This document shows, piece by piece, positions 50,101 to 60,957 of a stretch of DNA of 64,000 nt. Under the pieces are notes generated by a model. The model was given only the letters and a program-made list of their open reading frames with translations. It had not been told where the DNA came from and did no database searches. Position 1 is the first letter of the stretch. Each line of letters opens with the position of its first letter. Origin of the DNA: Macrostomum lignano (Eukaryota). The position numbers and the translations under genes are program-made. The DNA is taken from positions 97,247-161,246 of the forward strand of contig NIVC01002565.1 in NCBI GenBank assembly GCA_002269645.1, given 5' to 3'.

Positions 50101-51321
50101 TGTATGTATATTTCAGATTTATAGATATACATGCCTTTGTAGTATCTGTAAACTTTAATTTTCAAACGCTCTGCATATACTTGTGGACAACTTAAACATA
50201 TCCAACATAGCGTACAGAATATCTATAAGACATACCATGACTCAAGGTATGAATCACGATCGAGAGGGGATTCGTCAAGGCGATGACTGCTGCTGGCCAG
50301 GGTGCCTGGGCATGACCTCACTTCTTGTCGAGAGCCAGTGCAGCAGTGACTGATTGGCCCAGTGATTTATGCGAGTGTCGTCATCTCCGTACAATGCGCT
50401 GGCTCAGCAGAGAATTCCTGTCTTGTGCGTGCTGAGTCAGCCGATTTTGCTTCCTTCTAATTTTTATCGCATAATTCATACGAAAGAGCCATATATTTCT
50501 ACTAACAGTAAGCATTTGGCAAAGAACGCGGAAATATAAATCACAGAAAAGCAGAGTGATAAAAAGGAATTCCAAGATTCTATAATAACGAAAAACGCTA
50601 TTTTTACTACTCATCGGATTTCCCCGTTGTAAGTAGGGTAGTAAAACATGAAGTTGAAAGATTTTGCAAGGGACAATCAATTTGATTCTTGCCTTGATTC
50701 TTATCAAGTGGAAATTTTCCCTAATTTTCTGTCTCGTTTGTTAAACTGATTTTGCGAGACTAAACGCAGTTAGTAACGAAATCGGAGTGAAAAGAATGAA
50801 AAAAACAAATATTCGACCCCAATTCTGCCACAAAGCGGACCTGTATTCAGGAAAAAACGCTGTTAAAATAGGAAAACTTCAGTTGCCGCTCAGACTTCCG
50901 TTTGTCTCAAAGAGAACTTGAGAGCTCATTGCAACCCCGGAAGTGGTATTGCACCGGAAGTAGCAGGAATAACTCAACTTTCTATGTCTGCTCAGTCAGA
51001 GGAAGGCAATCCCAAAGTTTGCAGGTTCAATAGGTTCATTTGTGCCACCTGGTCCAGGTTAGCAACCAAGGGAAAGGTGAGAGAGGGACTTGTGCAGGTA
51101 TTTTTTAGCTGGGAGATTTTTCGGTGCCTAACGAAGCCTGGCTTTTGATTCGCAGGGCCTCGGGGAGGACCAGCATTAGCGGCCGTCGGATCCGGTTGAA
51201 TTCTCCGCTGCATACAGGCAGACAGCAGACTGACACTCAAGATTACCTGGTCTCTCTCTCTCTCTCTATTTTGCAAGCGAAAGCCGTTGGCGCACTGCTG
51301 CCCGCCTCAGCTAGGCCTGCA

Positions 51322-54300
51322 ATGTCTGAGTCGCCACCGTCTGGAGACTCCAGTAACGCCGCCGGCTCCCAAGAGGCCGCCGCGAGCGACCCCAGCGGCG
51401 AGCTGGCGGCGCAGCTGCACGACGCTGTGCGAGACAACCAGCCCGACAAGCTGCGCCAAGTGCTGCTGCAGTTGGTTGACATTGCCGGCGCTGGCGCCAT
51501 TGAAGCGCCAGATGACCGCGGAGACTCGGCGCTGCACGCGTGCGCCGCTGCCGGTCTGACCGAGTGCGCCGAGCTGCTGCTGACGTTCGGCGCCAATGCG
51601 GACCGGCCAAACTCGGCAGGCGACCGGCCGCTCCACCTGGCTGCAGCGGCGGGCGAGCGCAGCAAAGGCGTCGCCCGCGAGCTGCTCCGGTGCGGCGCCG
51701 ATCCGACTCAGCTCGACGCCATCGGCGACAACGCGCTGCACGTGGCCTGCTACGCCGAGTGTGGCCGCATCGCCGACCTCCTGTTGCGGGCAAAGCCTTC
51801 CATTGTCAACAGTCGGAATAGCAGCGGCAGCACTGGCCTGCATATTGCCGCCTCGTGTGAGAATCATGAGCTGCTTGGCCAGCTGCTCTGTCACGGTGCC
51901 GACTTCTCTCTGGCTGATAGTCGCGGCCAGACGCCGGTCGATTTGCTGCTGCAGGGCCCGGACACATCCGGCATCGACTGCCTCGGCAGGCACCTGATGC
52001 GCCGCCTTCGACAGTTCAATAACGGCCAGGACATAATCGGGGTGTTCGCCTCTTTTGAAGGTCGCGAGTTCGTGCGCCAGTTGCTGCTCATTGACAGCGA
52101 CATTGATGGACAGTCAAAGAGAGCTGAAGCAAAGGACTTGGACCCGGAGGGCTTGGAAGCCGAAGAAGATGAAGAGGCGGTGAAGCAGCGGCAATGGCAG
52201 CTGTCCAGGCTTGAGCTGGCTGCCTCCCGTCGCACCGTGGACGCCAAGCAGCTCATTGATGCTCTGATCGCCGCCTTCCAGGCCGGATTGAGCTGCAGCC
52301 TCGAGTCCAGCGGCCTGCTGAGTCGGATCACCTGGCAGCTGTGCCAGCTGGTGCTGTTTGCCGAGAACACGCGCCTGCTGAAGCGGCTGGTTGAACATCG
52401 GCACCTCTGGAGAGCGCTCTCCCGCCAACTGGAGGTTGCCATCGACAAATTGTATGCCAAGACGTTGCGCAAGCAGAAGGCAGGCGTGCGCGAGCTGCTC
52501 CAGCAGCGGTGCTGCATCGACGGCGGCACTTCGATCTCGTTTGCAAGGCTCAACAAGCTGCTGGCCGAGCTCACCACTTACTGGCAGTTCGCCAGCCGCC
52601 AGATGGTGTTCGACTTTGGAGAGCGACGCGGCGGCGACGACTGGTGCCAGAAGCGGCCGCTCCGAGACCCCGCCCAGTCGCTGGTGCTGTGGGCGATCCT
52701 GAGCGGCCGGCCGGGCCTGGTGCCGATCTTGCTGCAGCAGGAGGAGTTCGACCTGGTGCCGCTAGCCTTGCTCGCCGCAACGCTGCTCCGCTCACTGGCA
52801 CGTCGACGCGACATCGAGGACGTGTTCGCTGACCGGGCCGGTCGCATCGCCGACATCTGCGAGGCGATGGCCGTCAAAGTGATCAAGCAGGTGAAGGAGG
52901 TTGACGATTCACCCGGCAACTGCCTCACCATCAGCTACGTGAGTATGCCTCTGCCCAACTACGCTAACTACACGATTCTTGACCTGTCTGCTCGAGGCGG
53001 GGCGGGCAGTTTCATCAAGCTGGACATTGTTGAACTGGCAACGGAGAAGAACTGGTATGGGGACTTTTTCAACTTCCGCAAGCCTGCCCTGCGCGAGCTG
53101 GTGATTGCGGCCGGGTTCGTTCCACCGCTGCTGCTCTTCCTGCCCGGCCTGCTGCGCCGGTTCCGCGGTCCTGGCACGCGCGCCTTCCTCGACTCGGTGC
53201 TCAACGATTCCGGACCAACCGAACATCCGGGCAACTGTCCGGAGACGTTCCGTCTGCTCGCCTCGGATTTCCAGGTGGCCAGACGCCGACGCCGACGACA
53301 GGACTCTGAACTGGAAGCGCGCAGTCGCCGCCTGTGGCAGCGAGCGAGCGAGTTCGGCAGCGAGCTGGCGCTGTTTTACAACACGCCGTGCGTCAAGTTT
53401 CGCTTGCACGCGGCGGCCTCGTTTGTGTTCATCGGCCTGCTGTCCTACGTGATACTGCACGACTTTCAGGTGACCAGCGGCTCTGGGAAGGGAGCAATCG
53501 ATGAGGAATGAAACTGGGAAGTGGGAAATCAGCACTGTTTCTCGTCCAGAATCATGGATCGGCAATCTTTTATACCTTCAGGGCCAGATGGATATCCAGT
53601 TCATTGCTGCAGGACATTTTAATTGATTTAATTGGAGGGGCCGCAGTCCAGCAGTCTAGCGCGGCGCTCCCATGTTCCAGCGGCCCAGGCTCGATTCCAA
53701 GTGCAGTCATATTCATTTGGGGGCTAAATTGGAATCTCGGCCTGTCTTGAGGGCCGACCCCCAATGCACAGTAAAGTGTACATGCCTAACGATAAATAAC
53801 GCTGGGAGCGCTGTACACTCCTGTGTGAGTGTGTGCCTGTGCGTATGACTGCGTACGTATCCGCGCGCTTGTGTGCCTGCTCACTGTGCTCAGGGGCGAG
53901 TATACTTTTTGTCTTGATAAATCTTAGAGGTGTAACTTAATACGCAGCGTACAGTATTGTTTAACTTTCATTGTCTGTGGTTGAGGTCCACAGAAGGGGT
54001 AAACAACGAAGAGAAAAAGTACAACGATAAATGGATAACCAAGCTGCTACAAAGAACTGCTACACAGCAATGCCTCTCGCCGGTTGTGTGACAATGCCAC
54101 TTAAAGTGCGCCAGGGTGCGCCAGTACACAGCTACCCTGCCTCTAATAAAAAATGGTTAATTCTATAGATTTGGTACTGCAGACGAGGAGGGAAGAAAGG
54201 AAGACGAACAAAAGATAAGAGGAAGGAGACAGAAAAAAGGAGATGGGAAAGGGAGGAGCGAGGAGAGATGATAAAATATTAGTGAAGAGGTGGGGGGAGA

Positions 54301-57300
54301 GAGAAGAGAGAGCAGAGCAGAGAGGAGATGGGGGAGAGAGAGAAGAGAGAGAAGAGCAGAGAGGAGATGGGGGAGAGAGAGAAGAGCAGAGAGGAGATGG
54401 GGGAGAGAGAGAAGAGCAGAGAGGAGATGGGAGAGAGAGAGAAGAGAGAGCAGAGAGAAGATGGGGGAGAGAGAGAAGAGCAGAGAGGAGATGGGGGAGA
54501 GAGAGAAGAGAGAGCAGAGAGAAGATGGGGGAGAGAGAGAAGAGCAGAGAGAAGATGGGGGAGAGAGAGAAGAGCAGAGAGAGATGGGGAGAGAGAGAAG
54601 AGAGAGCAGAGAGAAGATCGGGGAGAGAGAGAAGAGCAGAGAGGAGATGGGGAGAGAGAGAAGAGAGAGCAGAGAGGAGATGGGGGGAGAGAGAAGAGCA
54701 GAGAGGAGATGGGAGAGAGAGAGAAGAGAGAGCAGAGAGGAGATGGGGGGGAGAGAAGAGAGAGCAGAGAGGAGATGGGGGAGAGAGAGAAGAGCAGAGA
54801 GGAGATGGGGGAGAGAGAGAAGAGAGAGCAGAGAGGAGATGGGGGAGAGAGAGAAGAGAGAGCAGAGAGAAGATCGGGGAGAGAGAGAAGAGCAGAGAGG
54901 AGATGGGAGAGAGAGAGAAGAGAGAGCAGAGAGGAGATGGGGGGAGAGAGAAGAGAGAGCAGAGAGGAGATGGGGGAGAGAGAAGAGCAGAGAGGAGATG
55001 GGGGAGAGAGAGAAGTTCAGAGAGGAGATGGGGGAGAGAGAAGAGCAGAGAGGAGATGGGGGAGAGAGAAGAGCAGAGAGGAGATGGGGGAGAGAGAGAA
55101 GAGAGAGCAGAGAGGAGATGGGGGAGAGAGAAGAGCAGAGAGGAGATGGGGGAGAGAGAGAGAGAGAGCAGAGAGGAGATGGGGGAGAGAGAGAAGAGAG
55201 AGCAGAGAGGAGATGGGGAGAGAGAAGAGAGAGCAGAGAGAAGAAGGGGGAGAGAGAAGAGAGAGCAGAGAGGAGATGGGGGAGAGAGAAGAGAGAGCAG
55301 AGAGGAGATGGGGAGAGAGAGAAGAGAGAGCAGAGAGAAGATGGGGGAGAGAGAGAAGAGAGAGCAGAGAGGAGATGGGGGAGAGAGAGAAGAGAGAGCA
55401 GAGAGGAGATGGGGGAGAGAGAAGAGAGAGCAGAGAGGAGATGGGGGAGAGAGAAGAGAGAGCAGAGAGGAGATGGGGGAGAGAGAGAAGAGAGAGCAGA
55501 GAGAAGATCGGGGAGAGAGAGAAGAGCAGAGAGGAGATGGGAGAGAGAGAGAAGAGAGAGCAGAGAGGAGATGGGGGGAGAGAGAAGAGAGAGCAGAGAG
55601 GAGATGGGGGAGAGAGAAGAGAGAGCAGAGAGGAGATGGGGAGAGAGAGAAGAGAGAGCAGAGAGGAGATGGGGGGAGAGAGAAGAGAGAGCAGAGAGGA
55701 GATGGGGGAGAGAGAAGAGAGAGGAGAGCAGAGAGGAGAAAATATAAAAAAGTGCGAGAGGACACAATGGAGGGCGGAGCAAGTGGCCAAAGCTGTGCTT
55801 TGAAATACGAGGTTAATTCAGCTCCAGCTCCGACTTTAGACCCCTGTCCAAAAAAATGCAGTCAATCGAAGGATACAAAATATTTACTAATTAATTTGGA
55901 GGATCTAAAGTTTAAACAGGAAGAGATTAAAGATCACTGGCGCTAATCGGCAGTCTCCCAACCCTTACAACGCGGAGTGCCCTTTTTCATTTTCAGGGAG
56001 ACGCCAGCCCCACAGAGGTGTTCTGCTACCTGACCCTGCTTGGCGTTCTAGTCGAGGAGCTGCGCGAGGTGGTCTCCGCTTGGCGCCAGGAGACACTGGC
56101 GGTCTACCTGACTGACGGCTGGAATGCCATGGACCTGGTTGCAATCCTCTGCGGCTTCCTGGCCTTTGCAGCCAGACAGATGGATTCGCAACATCTGCTG
56201 GTGCTCGGCGGCATGCTCAGCGAGCACGGCAAAGGCTGGGGCGACGTCAGCTACGTACTGATAGTCATCACCACGCTGATCTTCTGGATTCGCATCCTCT
56301 ACATCTCAGTGGTGCTCGAGTCTGTCGGCGTCAAGCTGAAGATGCTGTCTCTCATCGTCAGAAAGGACTTCATCCCGTTTCTGTACATCCTTGTGGTGAT
56401 CATGGTGGGATTCGGAACCACTTTCCACGCCCTCCTGTGGCCAAATGCAAAGTTCTACAGCCAGGGCCGCATCAACGAGATTCCAACAGCGGAGATTCTT
56501 GTGGAAATGTTTCACAGGACCTTTTATACTATTGTTGGTGAGTAAATCAGATGAAAGAGATGCGCAACCGACAGCTCAGCCGCAGCTATTGCGCGGCGCA
56601 TCTGAAGGCTGCGTACGGCTGTTCAGTCCAAGGACTGGGGGGTCGCCACACACACCCTCAATTACCCCAGCTAATGCTGGCACCCATTTTACAGCTGGGT
56701 GAACTGAAGCAATGCAGAGTTAAGTGTCTTGCTCATGGATATAAATTATTCCGAGTGAGTTGAGAATCGAACCCCCCGACCTTCAAGTCGTGAGTCCGAC
56801 GCTCTGACCACTAGGCTACAGCCCCCTAGCACGTCAAGAGACAATTTACAAGTATATAAGCATGAATAACTAAAAGCAGACTCATAAACTCATACACACG
56901 CTCACACAGGGAGCACAGCGGCACTTGAATTTCTCATCGTGACTCACCAAGTGTACGTACATTGAGCCCCAAATTAATGCGGTCACGCGCTGAATCGAAC
57001 CAATGTACTTTAGCCGACGCACTACCCCCCCCTCAGTGGGCAATCTCTTATGAATTTATGATGCTCAACCTATCGCTACTGTCTCGAACTTATTGCTACT
57101 GAGCAGGCGAGTACGGCCTGGACGACCTGAAGAAATAGTGCGACGCTCCAACAAGCGCCAACGTGTCCACCCAGCTGGCAACGGAGTCAATGATTGCAGA
57201 GAAGTGCGTCGGCTTCCCTGGCAATGTGCTGGTGCCGTACGGTCTCATGGCAGCGTACATAGTGATCGTGCAGGTGCTTCTCCTGAACGTCATCGTGGCC

Positions 57301-57741
57301 ATGTTCAGCAAGACCGTCGATATGGTCGACTCCGAGTCCAAGTCGCTCTGGCTATTTGAGCGCTACGACCTCAGCCGGGAGTTCTCCAAGCGCTCCCCGC
57401 TGCCGGCACCGCTCAACCTGCTGTTGGAGGGCCGCAACCTGACGGCCTGGCTGCTGGTCTCTCTGCTACGCCGCCTCATCGGTCGGGCGCCTCGACGCCG
57501 CACAATGCTAGACGTGCTGGCGCAGAATACCAGGAACTTTGTGCACCTGTTCTACCTGTACTACCAGTCGGTCACACTGAGAAAACTGCGCAACCGGCTG
57601 AGCTGCACCCGCTGGCAGCTGGAGGAGGATGAGTTCAGCCAGGAGGGCTTCGCACTACTCACCCGACTGGAGGAGCTGCGCGCTGCACTGGAGGGCGCCA
57701 GGATTGAGGAGCGGCGAGGCACCGGCGGCAGGGACGATTAA
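51322..57741 (+). CDS. Ankyrin-repeat TRPM-like cation channel (about 1,107 codons, 3 coding exons) with an in-frame TAG at 57136-57138
   Basis: Exons 51322-53469, 55997-56537, 57107-57741. About 5 ankyrin repeats (GDSALHACAAAG, GDRPLHLAAAAG, GDNALHVACYAE, GSTGLHIAASCE). TRPM MHR4-like SLVLWAILSGR..LALLAATLLRSLA..NYTILDLS..KNWYG. S1-S4 with EELRE, WNAMD and FWIRIL; pore FYTIVGE; S6 LLLNVIVAMFS; TRP box WLFERY..RSPLPAPLNLL. The start codon is uncertain: the frame is open from 51124, and an acceptor-like (CT)n..CAAG lies at about 51277. Confidence 0.85.
53810..53895 (-). repeat. Unclassified dispersed repeat (family A), copy 4
   Basis: CTGTACACTCCTGTGTGAGTGTGTGCCTG...GTGCTCAG matches the family-A terminus. 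Confidence 0.55.
54285..55740. repeat. About 1.45-kb purine-rich compound minisatellite (GAGAGAAGAG(AGAG)CAGAGAGGAGATGGGGG), TRP intron 1
   Basis: Almost pure A/G on the + strand; source of the long RE-rich and LS-rich ORFs. Confidence 0.95.
56563..56828 (-). mobile_element. tRNA-derived CORE-like SINE, copy 5 (TRP intron 2)
   Basis: Same sequence family as copies 1-4; starts about 25 nt after the splice donor. Confidence 0.87.
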
Positions 57742-58179
57742 GTCAAGGACTACTCAAGTAGAAGGACAGGAAACTTCGTTTCTTGCAAAATTTTACAAGA
57801 AATTATAATCTATGTAAATTGTATATCCTCCTCCGTACAATCGTACATGCACTGCGCCTAAAAATCATTAAAATTATGGCACAAACGACTCATTGGCTTT
57901 ATGAATCTACGAGTATTTTATTCATCTTAGCTTGACTGAATGATGATTTCTAAAACAACAGAGCCGTGCATTTTTTATGATTGTTAGATACAGGACATGT
58001 ACGTAGGGTATAGCATGAACATAAAGACACATCAAAATATGAACATTGGGTCTTCCTAGCCGTTAAAAACAATAATAATTTTTGTGCTGAAAAAAATGAA
58101 AACCTCCCATCTACGCAATGTACTACTTCAGTAAACCTGCCTTTTAAAATTTCCCAAAAACGTGTTTCCCGTCCATCTA

Positions 58180-58347
58180 CTTGAGTAGTCCTTGAGTAGT
58201 CCTTGAGTAGTCCTTGAGTAGTCCTTGAGTAGTCCTTGAGTAGTCCTTGAGTAGTCCTTGAGTAGTCCTTGAGTAGTCCTTGAGTAGTCCTTGAGTAGTC
58301 CTTGAGTAGTCCTTGAGTAGTCTTGAGTAGTCCTTGAGTAGTCCTTG
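58180..58347. repeat. 11-bp minisatellite (TTGAGTAGTCC), about 15 copies
   Basis: Period 11 read directly. Confidence 0.95.
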
Positions 58348-58926
58348 GATTGAATGACGGAGCAAAGCGACTTACAATCCGCTCTAGGCTATATGGATCT
58401 CCTATGGAGCAGCAATTCCGATTTCGTTGGGTCATAGTACACGCATGTGCAATTCCAGTAGAAAATAATGAAAATCTTGTCAAATTTATGCCAGAAACGA
58501 TGAAAGTAGCTCGTAAATCAGAAGTCGTGCATCGGCAGTCACGGATATTCTTTGGTCAGGTAGCCAAGCAGCCTTTTTTAATTTGTTGTTATACGGTAAA
58601 AAAAAATATAATTGGAGAAACCTAAGTTTTATAGTGACAAAAAGTTTGTAAAACGCACGTTATACTACTTCTAGTGGACTACTTGCTGTCATTAAGATTT
58701 TTTGCGCGTGCGAATTATTCTCTTCTGGAAAGTGAATAATTTAGACGTTGAGAGACTTTTGTTTAATTTGTTTATTATCCAGACGTTATAGTTGTTATAT
58801 CAATTAGGATGAAAACAACTTTGTTCCTTTCCACTTCACAAATATTTTGACTCGCGTGCCGATGCATTAAACAGAAATTTCCAAATCTTCCGGCCAAATT
58901 GTGGGTGCAGCCGACTCTCAAAGCAA

Positions 58927-60957
58927 TCAAAGTCCCATTCGGAACGCCAGTCTGCCAAAGTAGTAAGTTATCAGAGCAGCCAGGACCACGAAGGCCAAGG
59001 GAACTAAATAGAAAATGGCCTGCTTCTTAGAATTCTCATAGTTCTGCATGTTGATGGCGATGAGTTGCTCCTCAGATAGGGGAGAAACTGCGGTGATGGG
59101 CGCCTGGGTCGTTTCAGAGGCTGCTGCAGGCGACATGGTGGTCGGCGTACTTGTGGTAGTTGGAGTAGCTGTGGTAGTTGGAGTAGCTGAAGTAGTTAAA
59201 GTAGTTGTGGTGGTGGGTGTAGTTGTGCTGGTGGGTGTAGTTGTGCTGGTGGGTGTAGTTGTGGTGGTGGGTGTAGTTGTGCTAGTCGCGAGATATCTTA
59301 GGGGAATGCAACAGATAAACTGTGCCGAATGAGGAGAGAAGACTTGCTCCTTCAACTCTCTGGTGCTGTGCTCAATGACGATTCCGTAGTTTGACTATGT
59401 TACTTTCTGCTTGAAATATTTGTCATATAGAGGCAATCCTGTCGCGCGTAACTTCGGTCCATGGTGTTGTTCAACCTGTACGGTGGTTCTTCGTATGCCA
59501 TCAGGCAACCGTCAGAACATCCGCTTTTGATGGAGTTGAACACGCTGGAATATCAATAAATGAGGAAATATTCAATATCGGCACTTATCCGAGTGTTAAA
59601 TCAGATTCAGACAGTCAGGACAACTCACGAACTGAAAGCTGATCGAGCAGCGGTCTCAGTCAGATCAATCAGCGTCTCTCCGCTGGCCAGGCTGCACATG
59701 GTCGGCGCCTCCCAGAACTTCATAGAATAGCCGCCACGTCGAAAGCAAAAGGAGCGGCCGTCGCTCGAGTTGGCGCAGGTGTAGCCAGAAGCCGGTGCTG
59801 GGCAGCAGGTCAGGTTGGATATCGGACACACGCACATGCAGATGGCGTAGCCATCGTCATTTATTTCTCTAGAGTTCCAATTAGTCACGTTGACTGTGGT
59901 GTCCGTGATCACACCCACTGTTGGGTTGGCCTCTGTGCTGGTGAAGACTTCGCTCGACGGGCTCACGTCGGTGCTGGAGACGTACAGCTGGCTGGTCTGG
60001 CTGCGCCAGGCGAACACCCTGTCTGCCGGGCTGGTGCGGGCGGCCATACTGGCTCCGATCCAGTACCTTGACGCGCTGATGCCGCTGCGGATGGAGTAAT
60101 AAAAACTATGTCGATGAGCTGAGAAGTTATTTTTTAAACTTTTGTGTGTGAGTGTGCAGCATGGGTTAATTTAACTAACGTCTTTCCAGACAGTTAATTA
60201 GCTCGTAGGAGACAAATGTTTTGGCAAAAACGCAATCAAAATTGGGCAAACGTTAAATATCTACAAACAAACAGATAGATCTTAGAAATTTAGTGTAACG
60301 GTAAGTGGGTTGATGGCTGGGACACAAGCGGATCAGTGCGTGCTCAACAATAAATGCAAGTGATGTCTGATATCGAACATCGATCAGAGTCGAAGGCAAA
60401 AGGTGAGTTTTTTATTTAAGATGCAGTTCGAAACCAAATTGCGTCGTAAACGCACGAACAACTCGAGCAGCAATCGAAGGGAAATCATTTCTTGAGTTAG
60501 TCGACCAAATCGATTAATTTAATATGGTGTTTTTAGCAATAATTTTCACTTGTCTATGTGTTGTGTATATTGTTTGAGCATGGTGCAAGCAACAAATATT
60601 TTCGTAGTCCTTTAGGGCGAGACACTCTTCTCTGGTGGACTTTCCCAACTTCTCTGCTCTAAATTGACTTCGTGACTTTTCGTTTCCCAGCGTCGTTTGT
60701 ACTCACCTGGTCAATGTTGTAAAATTATCGTAGAACAGTTCAAACGATGACTGGTCCAAATTCTGCATGCCAAAGCTCGAGCAGTAGGTGCCCACGTAGG
60801 CATCGTCACCCAGAATGCTGATGTTGTAGCATCGGTCCGCCTTGCACAGCACCGCGGATTTGAAGACCTGCCCGTCTGTCAGCCTGCCTGCCGACAGGAT
60901 GATGACGCACACAGTCCACAGGGCTGCCAGCTCAGTAAGCTGGCTTCGTTGTAGCAT
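58927..60957 (-). pseudogene. C-type-lectin-like, Thr/Pro mucin-stalk, single-pass membrane protein, paralogue A (frameshift plus nonsense in exon 3)
   Basis: Exons 60957-60707, 60084-59629, 59544-58927. Signal-peptide-like N-terminus, Cys-rich lectin-like motifs (C..DRCY, YWIG..FAW, C..GRSFCF..FWEAPTMC..LI), TTP-rich stalk, TM IFYLVPLAFVVLAALITYYF. Alignment to paralogue B requires a 1-nt deletion near 59463 and reads through TAG at 59397-59395. The lectin assignment is tentative. Confidence 0.6.

Noticed and set aside
51243-53565. Multiple antisense and alternative-frame ORFs over the TRP exon (and similarly over ITPR, NLK and MEX3 exons)
   Set aside because: They are shadow ORFs expected from GC-rich codon usage and have no recognisable motifs.
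54143-55946. About 500-aa RE-rich and LS-rich ORFs
   Set aside because: These are translations of the intronic purine-rich repeat.
57136-57138. Selenocysteine or pyrrolysine recoding of the TRP stop
   Set aside because: The codon is TAG, not TGA, and pyrrolysine is not known in animals.
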